DNA of 57,537 nt from an uncultured Verrucomicrobiota bacterium (GTDB lineage: Bacteria > Verrucomicrobiota > Kiritimatiellia > JAAZAB01): the NCBI GenBank assembly GCA_964491945.1, contig CAZBHO010000012.1, positions 1 through 57,537 on the forward strand. The letters are read 5' to 3'. Under the pieces are notes generated by a model, which worked only from the letters and a program-made list of their open reading frames with translations, had not been told where the DNA came from and did not search any database. This document shows, piece by piece, positions 9,896-18,705 of the stretch. Both the position numbers and the translations under genes were made by a program. Each line of letters opens with the position of its first letter. Positions within the stretch are counted from its first letter, which is position 1.

Positions 9896-11026
9896 ATGAA
9901 AACTGTTGACATCAATAACACATGTAAGTCGTACATTATTAATGAATGGATGAAAGATTTACCTAAACCTGCACCGGATTCCATATCATATAATAAAAAT
10001 CTTCATCAAGCGTTGTTAAATAATAATTTTAAAAGAAACTATGAGGCTTATACTCAATCTAAAAATAAAAAATCGTCAAAACTATCTTATTTACCGATAA
10101 AATTGGATATAGAAAATGTAAGTAGATGTAATTTTAGGTGCCATAAATGTCAAATATCAACATGGCCTAATGGCAAAAGAGCTAATGATATGTCATTTGA
10201 AAATTATAAAAATTTATTAGACGTTATGTATGGACTTATAGAAATTAAATTGCAAGGAATCGGGGAGCCCCTTTTGGGTGGAAAAACTTTTTTTCAGATG
10301 ATAGAATATGCAAGATCTAAAAATATATGGGTTAGAACTACTACAAATGCATCTTTATTACATCTAAATGATAATTACAAAAAAATTATAGATTCTGATG
10401 TCAGCGAATTACAAATTTCTGTTGATGGGACAAAAAAGCAAATATTTGAGTCAATAAGGCGTGGTAGCGATTTTGAACTTGTGGTAAAAAATATTAAAAT
10501 GATAAATCGATACTGTATGTCCAAAAACCTCTTAAAAACAAGAATGTGGACATGCTTACAGAAGAGCAATTTTGAATATTTAGTAGATTTTGTGAAATTT
10601 GCAAAAGAGTTAGGTTTTGTACGTTTAACTTTTTCTATGAATCTTCACGGTTGGGGACAAAAAGAGTTTTTTGACCGGAATAAATCTGAAAGTATTGATG
10701 ATTTTTTGGATAAATATACCTTGCTACAGTTAGTAGAAATAGGTAAAAAAAATGGTGTTGAAGTAACATTTTGGAATAACGTCAGCACTTATAATTGGAA
10801 AGAGCAAAAAAATCTTTGCCCATGGCCATTTGAACGATTATATATTTCGTCTGATATGAAAGTTGTACCTTGCTGCAAAATATCTAACCCAGACGTTGTA
10901 AATTTCGGTGATGCAAACGATATAATAAATGTATGGAATAGTGATACATTGGTAAAGTTTAGGGAAATGCATTTAAATGGGAATCTGCCTGATTATTGTG
11001 TAGGTTGTTATAATGGGTTGTGGTGA
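9896..11026 (+). CDS. Radical SAM / SPASM-domain enzyme
   Basis: CNFRCHKCQ gives a CxxxCxxC cluster. The C-terminal CPWPF..VVPCC..YCVGC pattern is typical of SPASM auxiliary clusters. Confidence 0.75.
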   Translation: MKTVDINNTCKSYIINEWMKDLPKPAPDSISYNKNLHQALLNNNFKRNYEAYTQSKNKKSSKLSYLPIKLDIENVSRCNFRCHKCQISTWPNGKRANDMSFENYKNLLDVMYGLIEIKLQGIGEPLLGGKTFFQMIEYARSKNIWVRTTTNASLLHLNDNYKKIIDSDVSELQISVDGTKKQIFESIRRGSDFELVVKNIKMINRYCMSKNLLKTRMWTCLQKSNFEYLVDFVKFAKELGFVRLTFSMNLHGWGQKEFFDRNKSESIDDFLDKYTLLQLVEIGKKNGVEVTFWNNVSTYNWKEQKNLCPWPFERLYISSDMKVVPCCKISNPDVVNFGDANDIINVWNSDTLVKFREMHLNGNLPDYCVGCYNGLW

Positions 11027-11031
11027 TCTAA

Positions 11032-12483
11032 TTGAATATTCTGTTCAATATGGTACCTAACAAGTTCCACTTTATTACAGCTACATGGGGAGAACCATAT
11101 ATATATAAACTATGTAATGTACTTTTTCCTTGCCTATTAGCCCCAAAAAATCTTACTGCGTGGAAATTTTGTAGTGTTACCAAATATATAATCATAACAA
11201 ACAGATTAGGTGCAGAAAAGATAACAAATGATATAAATTACAACAAAATTTCACAGTTTATTGAGATTAATGTAAAAATATTATCTGATGATAAGTTTAA
11301 CCGTAATACTGCTAGTCATTGGGATATATTAAGAGATATACAATTACAACAGATTGTTGATTCTGCAAAAGAAGATGCTGGGATGATCTTTCTAGCGCCT
11401 GATTTACTGATATCAAATAATCTCTTGGAGAATCTCTCTTACATTATAGAAAATTTTAATAAGAGGGCTGTATTTGTTGTTGCACCGAGACTTTCTTATA
11501 GTTCCGTAATGGAAACAATTGGGGAAATAAATATTCAAGAACAGCCTATCAATTTAGAGCCAAGAGAATGTGTTCGTCTTTTTGTAGATAAGCGTGCCCC
11601 ATTAATGGAAAACTATTTCTTTTCCTCCAAAAAAATTCTATCTCTAGCTTATATGTTTTGGCACATTCCAAATTATGGGTTTATATGTCATTCTGCACAA
11701 CCATATCCCTTGTACATTTGGCCAAGGAATAAACATAACCTTTATATGCTTTATTCACTAGATATAGACTTCTATTCTAAATGCGGATTGAATTATAGTG
11801 ATATGTACCTCGTGACAAACTCTGATGAAATGGTAATTTGTGGGTTAGAGGCAGGTATAATGCCAAATATAAAAGAGTATACTTATACGAGGATTAATAG
11901 TATAAAAAATAATGTTATAGAAATAATGGGCTATTGTAATCCATTCCATGGTTTGTTTTTTTTACAAACTGTTAAACTACTTTATAAACAAACATCCTAT
12001 TTTAGATATATTTTCACTATAATTTATGCAAAAATGTATGCTGTTTTAGTTTTTATTCTAGCATATATTTTTAGAAAGCTGTCCACACTGTTTATAAGAT
12101 ATGTCAATTATATAGGAAATGATATGGCTTTAGATTATTACATTAAGAAAACTGTCAAAAAAGCAATGATCAAACCTGGCTGCAAGGTTGCATTATATGG
12201 TGCTGGATTGCATACAGAAAGGTTATTGAATTCTCAAATCTTAAATCAACAATGTATAGATATAGTTGCTATTTTTGACGACTATAGCCCTTTAAATAAT
12301 ATAAAAGGAATTCCTATATTTAGTTGTAAAGAGGTCGCGCAAACTGATTTTGATGTTTTACTTATTAGCTCAGATGCATATCAGAGTATACTTTTAAAAA
12401 AAGCTTTAGTATGGATGAAACCAGGCAAAGACATTGTTTCAATTTATCCCCCTAGAAAATATAGAAAAGTTGCTGAAAAATGA
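11032..12483 (+). CDS. Hypothetical membrane-associated protein of the glycan island (possible novel transferase)
   Basis: A long ORF in the operon (TTG start; alternative ATG at 11050). It has a hydrophobic helix FTIIYAKMYAVLVFILAYIF and a C-terminal Rossmann-like segment VALYGAGLHT..DIVAIFDD. I recognise no family. Confidence 0.5.
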   Translation: MNILFNMVPNKFHFITATWGEPYIYKLCNVLFPCLLAPKNLTAWKFCSVTKYIIITNRLGAEKITNDINYNKISQFIEINVKILSDDKFNRNTASHWDILRDIQLQQIVDSAKEDAGMIFLAPDLLISNNLLENLSYIIENFNKRAVFVVAPRLSYSSVMETIGEINIQEQPINLEPRECVRLFVDKRAPLMENYFFSSKKILSLAYMFWHIPNYGFICHSAQPYPLYIWPRNKHNLYMLYSLDIDFYSKCGLNYSDMYLVTNSDEMVICGLEAGIMPNIKEYTYTRINSIKNNVIEIMGYCNPFHGLFFLQTVKLLYKQTSYFRYIFTIIYAKMYAVLVFILAYIFRKLSTLFIRYVNYIGNDMALDYYIKKTVKKAMIKPGCKVALYGAGLHTERLLNSQILNQQCIDIVAIFDDYSPLNNIKGIPIFSCKEVAQTDFDVLLISSDAYQSILLKKALVWMKPGKDIVSIYPPRKYRKVAEK

Positions 12484-14096
12484 AATGTTGTAAAGTTATA
12501 GAGCTCATTCAAAACCACAATCTAAGTAGTATAATCCAGATTTCGTCGGTAATTGACAAATATTTGCTTAATAACAAAAAACGTTCATTGCTAATAAAAT
12601 ATATTATAGATTTATACAATAAAGATCCAACTTATAAAGATTTTCTTTCTAAATTAGCATTCTTATCTGCAGTTTTACAGGATGACCGTTTAGCTGAAAC
12701 ATTATGGCAACAAGATATTTCAATGAATAGGGCTAGCTGGAGAGCTCAAATAGTCTATGCTGGTTTTTTGGCTACTAAAAATAGAGTAAATGAAGCTATA
12801 AAATTAATCAGGAAAATATATAAGAACTATAATGAAGCCTGTGGCGGATACACAACAATAGCATGGAGAATTAGATATAATAATTTTCGTAAGGCAAATC
12901 AGTTATATAAGTTAGATCTAGAAACAAATCGAATAGACCCATTTATACTAGGCAAATGGATACCTTTCTTGGTATTTAAAAAAAAATTTAGAGAAGCATC
13001 TAAATTATTAACTAAATTTCATAACACCTTCTCTAACATAGAATCTGTTTATCATGAAATGACACAAATGTATCAAGTGCAAGAAAAATGGGATAAAATT
13101 GTTGAATTATATGAAAATGCTCCATTTGATAATTGGTTTCAAAGCAACAAAAAACCTAAAAAATCTTCTGACAAAACGCTGTATGCTTTTTATGATTTAC
13201 AGGTATCTCCTCCTACTTTTGATATAATCTCTTTTCTCGGCCATTGTGAAAGTTATAGGCTAAAAATGCGGCTAGAAAAAATATATCTTATTATAGTACC
13301 GGCAACCCCAACATATTATACTCCATGGTATCCATTAGATTATTCATCTCAGATGAGAAGATTATATAACATAGTTCTGGGGACCGTGAGATGTTTACCT
13401 AGTATAGACGGATTTATGATTTGTAGGGATAGAGATATGGCTTTAGACATATTTCGTAATAAAAATTACATATTTCCTTTAGCTTATTCTCCAAAAAGAC
13501 CTATTGCTGATTTTTATTTTTACAGTAATGCTTTAAAAAAATTTTCTACTTTATTTGTTAAACCTCCTAATGATGCTATAATTAGAGTAAAAAATAGATT
13601 GGCAATTATTGCTAAAGGGAAAAAAGTTATTACTATTACTATTAGAAAAGCACCTATTATTGAAGTTCAGAGAAATTCAAATATAGAAAATTGGGTAAAA
13701 GCTACTTCTGTTTTAGACAGCAAAGAATTTTGTACCATTATTTTGGATGATTATGATCATATCGGAATTAACAAGTATCCTAAACACATTCATACTTTTG
13801 AAGAAGCAATAGTAGATGTTTCAATTAGAAGTGCGTTATATCAAGAAGCTGATATAAACATAGGTACAGGTTCTGGAACATTGATGTTGTGCCTTTTTAA
13901 TCCAGCTTCAAAATTTCTAATGTTTCAAAAAAATGTTGCTGTTCATACAAATATGTTAACACACCTTAATACTAATTCTAAAAAAAGCGATTTTTATAAG
14001 GCATTTCTTTTAGGAAAAACGCGAAAAATAATACCTAAGGAAGATAGCGTCAAAAATATAATCAACGAGTTGAAAAACACATTGAAATATTTGTAA
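12480..14096 (+). CDS. Hypothetical protein with an N-terminal helical-repeat (TPR-like) region and a C-terminal GT-B/GT9-like region
   Basis: The start overlaps the upstream stop (ATGA). The C-terminal DINIGTGSGTLMLCLFNPASKFLMF loosely resembles the D-S-G-x-x-H-L-A motif of heptosyltransferase-type GT9 enzymes. The similarity is weak. Confidence 0.45.
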   Translation: MKCCKVIELIQNHNLSSIIQISSVIDKYLLNNKKRSLLIKYIIDLYNKDPTYKDFLSKLAFLSAVLQDDRLAETLWQQDISMNRASWRAQIVYAGFLATKNRVNEAIKLIRKIYKNYNEACGGYTTIAWRIRYNNFRKANQLYKLDLETNRIDPFILGKWIPFLVFKKKFREASKLLTKFHNTFSNIESVYHEMTQMYQVQEKWDKIVELYENAPFDNWFQSNKKPKKSSDKTLYAFYDLQVSPPTFDIISFLGHCESYRLKMRLEKIYLIIVPATPTYYTPWYPLDYSSQMRRLYNIVLGTVRCLPSIDGFMICRDRDMALDIFRNKNYIFPLAYSPKRPIADFYFYSNALKKFSTLFVKPPNDAIIRVKNRLAIIAKGKKVITITIRKAPIIEVQRNSNIENWVKATSVLDSKEFCTIILDDYDHIGINKYPKHIHTFEEAIVDVSIRSALYQEADINIGTGSGTLMLCLFNPASKFLMFQKNVAVHTNMLTHLNTNSKKSDFYKAFLLGKTRKIIPKEDSVKNIINELKNTLKYL

Positions 14097-14164
14097 TATA
14101 CATAAATATACAAGATTGCCTTAACTTTGTTGCATATTTGATTAATAATATATTCATTTATGTT

Positions 14165-14833
14165 CTAAATATGTGCTACTTCGTTAACATTATTGCTGGA
14201 AACTGCTTGCCCTAATAACATATCACTACCAAATTCATCGGTTTTATTGTGACTATGTTTTTCGGCTATTTTTGTTAATGTTATGTCTACCCAATGATGT
14301 AGTATTGCTGTATGTGCTGTTTCAGCTAATCCGTATGTCCTTGCTGGTACATAAAAGTTGAATGTACATCGTTTCCTTAATAGATTATCTTTTGACATAG
14401 CAGAAAGCGAAACAGTAATCATTTTTTGTTCATTAGCCCAGTCTACTGCCTTAATAATATTTTTTGAATTTCCAGAACTACTAATAGCAATTAATATATC
14501 ACTAGGAGACGCTTTTATCCTTAATGGCTCATAGAAAATATCCTCTCCACCTATATCATTTGTTACAGCAGTTATTAATGATAGATCTGTAAACACTTCC
14601 GTCTTAATACGAGCATTTTTACATAAATCTGCACTAATATGACTGGCCATTGAGGCGCTAGCACCATTACCTACAAAAAATATTGTTTGTTTTTTAATAA
14701 AGCTTCTGACGGCGATGTTGGCTAGATAGTCAAATGCAACGTCAACATTTAAAATCACACCTTTTGATGTCGTCACTATAGTAGAAGATAAAATTGCCTC
14801 TAATAACCTAATTTTATCTAAAAAAGTGTTCAT
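14165..14833 (-). CDS. gmhA: SIS-domain phosphoheptose (sedoheptulose-7-P) isomerase
   Basis: FFVGNGASASMASHISADL and AISSSGNS SIS motifs. The start is moved to the ATG at 14833, which is preceded by GAGGA, rather than the ORF-track start at 14902. Confidence 0.8.
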   Translation of the reverse strand: MNTFLDKIRLLEAILSSTIVTTSKGVILNVDVAFDYLANIAVRSFIKKQTIFFVGNGASASMASHISADLCKNARIKTEVFTDLSLITAVTNDIGGEDIFYEPLRIKASPSDILIAISSSGNSKNIIKAVDWANEQKMITVSLSAMSKDNLLRKRCTFNFYVPARTYGLAETAHTAILHHWVDITLTKIAEKHSHNKTDEFGSDMLLGQAVSSNNVNEVAHI

Positions 14834-15092
14834 ATTATTCCTCGTCTCATTCGTACTATGCAATATAAGCATAACATATGCCATAGGACACAACCGGATC
14901 AAAACATAAAAACATCTATCTTTTTATTCGCCACTATATACCTTCTTCAAAAAATACATCTATAAAGTACTTTCCCAAGTTTCCCTACAGACAACTTGCA
15001 TTCTCAATAAACAAATAAAATAGCTATGCTTGAGTAGAAGTCTTCTTTAGAGTTAATGTCATGATTTTTCTAAAAAACTAGAGAAAGGGGAA

Positions 15093-15452
15093 GTGTTGTG
15101 GCAAAATGCTTCCGATTCGTTTCATCACAGGGTGAATTTTATTCCTCATTCTTTGCTGGATGATGTTCCAGTAAAAACCGATATTAACCAGACAATGCCT
15201 GAACCACTTGTAGTTCTTACCACAATGCTTAAGGCAATTTATGTTTTTACAAAAGATGATATGAAAAGTTTTTTAAAAGCAGTTGAGTGTCTTTGGCAAG
15301 AAATAGATGGTGAAAAGAACGTGAGAGGTTTAGCAGAAAAAGTGAAGATATGTTGTGCTTTATCAGAAGAAAAATCATTGGCATTTACTGCACTAATTAT
15401 TGCATATTTTGGGAAAAAAGGGCTTATTGTTTCCAAAGATAGGGATAGGTAA
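15093..15452 (+). CDS. Hypothetical protein (doubtful)
   Basis: Only an ORF of 119 codons with a GTG start. It has no recognisable motif and sits alone in a 0.9-kb gap. Confidence 0.2.
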   Translation: MLWQNASDSFHHRVNFIPHSLLDDVPVKTDINQTMPEPLVVLTTMLKAIYVFTKDDMKSFLKAVECLWQEIDGEKNVRGLAEKVKICCALSEEKSLAFTALIIAYFGKKGLIVSKDRDR

Positions 15453-15797
15453 AACTAGCGTTGTAAATCTCTTTATCTTATAAAATTCCTGTTTCTTTCT
15501 TTTTACTCCTTTGCGCTTCCATATAATATCCCCTCTTCAAAAAGTTCCTTCCATAGAGCTTTAAGTTTTTTTCAAAAAGATATAATTCGTCTTATTAGTA
15601 AAGCAAATGGGTTTTAAACAGATTTATATTTTTATTAATATGCCTAAAAACGTTTTGGCCGCATAATTTTCTTTTGCTTCATTGTGTAGTATTTATTTGT
15701 GAGAAGCTTTTGTAAAATATGCTTGCAACAGGCAGGGATCATTAGATAATGCCCATAATTTCTGTTTTTATATTGATATGAATAAAATGGAGTTGCT

Positions 15798-17561
15798 TTG
15801 AGTATGAGTAAGACTAAGAATGAAGTAGTTACTGCGGAAACTATGGCAAAAAAACAGAGAGAGATCTCTGTCTCAGAATTTTTTCTAAAGAACCGTCATC
15901 TACTAGGTTTTGATAACCCTAGAAAAGCACTACTTACGGCAGTTAAAGAAGCCGTTGATAACTCGCTTGATGCCTGCGATGAGGCTGGAATTTTGCCTAC
16001 AATTAGTGTTGAGATATCGCAGATAGCGGAAAAACGTTTTAGGGTAACAATTACCGATAATGGGCCTGGCATCGTGCGTGCTCAAATTCCAAAAATTTTT
16101 GCCAAACTCCTCTATGGCTCAAAGTTCCACAGATTGAGAATGTCAAGAGGACAGCAGGGCATAGGCATAAGCGCTGCTGGAATGTATGGGCAGTTAACCA
16201 CAGGCTCTGCAATTAAAATTCTATCAAAAGTCCGTAATAGCAAAGTGGCTCATCACATAGAAGTTCAGATAGATACAAAAGCCAATAAGCCAGTGATTTT
16301 AAGAGACGATGAAATTGAGTGGAAGCCTGAATTTTACAAGACTAAAGAAGATGGAGCAGAGGAAGTTGTTTATGCAAGTGAGCATGGTACGAGCGTTTCC
16401 ATAGAGCTGGAGGGAAGCTACGTACGTGGCAGGCTTTCTGTTGATGAGTATTTGAAAGAATGCGCAATAGTTAATCCGCATCTTGAATTGCACTATAGAC
16501 TCAATTTGCTGGATAAGGAAGCACTTAAAGCAGATGATGAAGATGATATTCCAAAGAATAACAAATCATCGGCAAATTCAGCGCAAAGCTCATCAGAACA
16601 AGATGAAAAAAATCAGAAGTCTTCATCCGCATCATGGATTATTTTTGAGCGTGCCACTAACGTTTTGCCAAAGCAGCCTGTTGAAATAATGCCACATCCG
16701 CACGGAGTGGAATTGGGAATGTTAATGCAAATTTTAAAAGATAGTCCAGCCAGAACGCTTAAATCTGCGCTTGAACAGGAGTTTTCCAGAGTGAGCTCAA
16801 AAACTGCTCTGGAGATTTGTCAGAAGGCAGGGCTTTCGCCACAAGCAAAGCCTTCTCATATTGCGCATAGAGAAATTGAGGCTCTTTTTAATGCCATAAA
16901 TGCAACAAAACTTATGAGACCACCAACCGATTGCCTATCGCCAATTGGAGAAGAGCAGATTGTGGCCGGGTTGAAAAAAGAAATTGTTGCCGATTTTTAC
17001 ACTGCTGTTACCAGAGATCCTGAAGTTTATAGAGGCAATCCGTTTCAGATAGAAGCAGGCATTGCTTATGCAAGGCCGGGAGAAAATGCCGATTTATCTG
17101 CAGAAGAACCTGCCAGAGTTTTACGTTTTGCCAACAAGGTTCCGCTTCTTTATATGGCAGGTGCTTGTGCCATTACTAAAGCTATAGTTGGCGTAAATTG
17201 GAAAAGCTATGGCTTGCAGCAGCCTAAAGGAAGCTTGCCTATTGCGCCGATGGTGATTATGGTGCATATTGCCAGTGTGTGGGTGCCTTTTACAAGTGAA
17301 AGTAAGGAGGCAATCGCTCATTATCCTGAAATAATTAGAGAAATAGTTTTTGCCTTACAGGAATGTGGGAGACGCCTTTCAATTTTTCTTAATAAGCGCC
17401 GCAGAGAACTTGAAGCTCAACGCAAAAAGAGCTATATTGAACTCTACTTGCCACATCTTGCATTAGGATTAAAGCAAATACTCAATTTGAACGATAAGCA
17501 GGAGGAAACAGTTGTTTCAACTTTGAAAGGAATGCTTGAAAAAACACATCTTGATGTATAG
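15798..17561 (+). CDS. top6B: DNA topoisomerase VI subunit B (GHKL ATPase plus transducer)
   Basis: Bergerat-fold motifs EAVDNSLDA (N box) and ITDNGPGI (G1), then LYGSKFH and GQQGIG. A low-complexity acidic/Ser insert lies at about aa 245-280. The start is TTG 15798 or ATG 15804. Confidence 0.85.
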   Translation: MSMSKTKNEVVTAETMAKKQREISVSEFFLKNRHLLGFDNPRKALLTAVKEAVDNSLDACDEAGILPTISVEISQIAEKRFRVTITDNGPGIVRAQIPKIFAKLLYGSKFHRLRMSRGQQGIGISAAGMYGQLTTGSAIKILSKVRNSKVAHHIEVQIDTKANKPVILRDDEIEWKPEFYKTKEDGAEEVVYASEHGTSVSIELEGSYVRGRLSVDEYLKECAIVNPHLELHYRLNLLDKEALKADDEDDIPKNNKSSANSAQSSSEQDEKNQKSSSASWIIFERATNVLPKQPVEIMPHPHGVELGMLMQILKDSPARTLKSALEQEFSRVSSKTALEICQKAGLSPQAKPSHIAHREIEALFNAINATKLMRPPTDCLSPIGEEQIVAGLKKEIVADFYTAVTRDPEVYRGNPFQIEAGIAYARPGENADLSAEEPARVLRFANKVPLLYMAGACAITKAIVGVNWKSYGLQQPKGSLPIAPMVIMVHIASVWVPFTSESKEAIAHYPEIIREIVFALQECGRRLSIFLNKRRRELEAQRKKSYIELYLPHLALGLKQILNLNDKQEETVVSTLKGMLEKTHLDV

Positions 17562-17574
17562 GAGAATTGATAAT

Positions 17575-18705
17575 ATGAGTAAAAGAGAGCAAAAAGCGCC
17601 AGAAGTTGTTTCCAAAAAAGATGCTGCAAAAAAAATTATAAGCATTGCTGATGAAATTTTTAATGATATCACGAAGAAAAAGGCTCGTCCTAAAATGAAG
17701 TTTCCCATTCGCTCGCTTTCAAACGTTAAATATGATCCAAAGCAAGGTTATTTTGAAATTCTAAATAAGATGGCGACCAGAACGCTTTCTTACAACACAG
17801 TGAAAACATTTGCGCAATCTATGAGATTGCTTGCCACAACTAAGATAGATTTACTTGATAAAAACGATATCGCTGGAAAACGTGAAATATATTATAACAG
17901 CAAAAGCTGGGGGGAATGTAGGTTTGATGAGCAGCCAGAAAGCGATGCATTGCTGGATGACATGGAGGCAATGCTGGGAATCAATAGGGAGCAGCTTGGA
18001 TATATCCCAGAGGAGCGCGGGGGAGAAGTCACTGGCCCATTAGTGGTGATTGACCGCGATCCTGCAACAGGGGCTGAAATAAGAATTGATTGCCGTAAAC
18101 TTGGAACAGGCGCATGGAGCATACCATCTCAGGTTGAGCATTTACATTTTGAAACCAAAGCCAATTTCATTCTGGCAATAGAAACAGCATCGCTTTTTCA
18201 ACGTTTGGTTCATCATAGATACTATGAAAAAGCCAATTGCATTCTAATTTCAATGAGTGGCGTCCCAACCAGAGCTTGTAGAAGGTTTATTAGGAGATTA
18301 GCCGATGAACATAAAATTCCTGTATTAGCATTTACTGATGGCGATCCGTACGGCTATTGCAACATATATAGGACGTTAAAGGTAGGCTCGGGACAAGCTG
18401 CCCATATCAATAAATACTTCTGTGTGCCGCAGGCTCATTATCTTGGTGTGACACCGTATGATATAGAAACCTATGATTTAAAAGATGCAACTCATCCGCT
18501 GGAGGAAGTTGATATAAAGCGAGCAAAAGATGCTTTAAAAAACGATCCATTCGTTAAACACCACAAAGAGTGGCAGGAAGCCTTATCCAGAATGATAGAA
18601 ATGGGGGTGCGCGTTGAGCAACAAGCTTTTGCAAAGCATGGCTTGAATTTCGTATTGGAAAAATATCTGCCAGATAAGATAAAGAAAGGTAAGTTTCTGC
18701 CGTGA
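17575..18705 (+). CDS. top6A: DNA topoisomerase VI subunit A (Spo11-type)
   Basis: GKREIYYNSK carries the catalytic-Tyr motif. Toprim motifs are ILAIETAS (Glu) and FTDGDPYG (DxD). The ATG at 17575 is preceded by AGGAG at 17560-17564. Confidence 0.85.
   Translation: MSKREQKAPEVVSKKDAAKKIISIADEIFNDITKKKARPKMKFPIRSLSNVKYDPKQGYFEILNKMATRTLSYNTVKTFAQSMRLLATTKIDLLDKNDIAGKREIYYNSKSWGECRFDEQPESDALLDDMEAMLGINREQLGYIPEERGGEVTGPLVVIDRDPATGAEIRIDCRKLGTGAWSIPSQVEHLHFETKANFILAIETASLFQRLVHHRYYEKANCILISMSGVPTRACRRFIRRLADEHKIPVLAFTDGDPYGYCNIYRTLKVGSGQAAHINKYFCVPQAHYLGVTPYDIETYDLKDATHPLEEVDIKRAKDALKNDPFVKHHKEWQEALSRMIEMGVRVEQQAFAKHGLNFVLEKYLPDKIKKGKFLP

Noticed and set aside
17444-17708. Alternative upstream start for top6A (17536) and small antisense ORFs at the top6B/top6A junction
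   Set aside because: The start at 17536 would overlap top6B by 26 nt and add a hydrophobic, non-conserved-looking leader. The ATG at 17575 has an AGGAG Shine-Dalgarno at proper spacing. The antisense ORFs are shadow ORFs.
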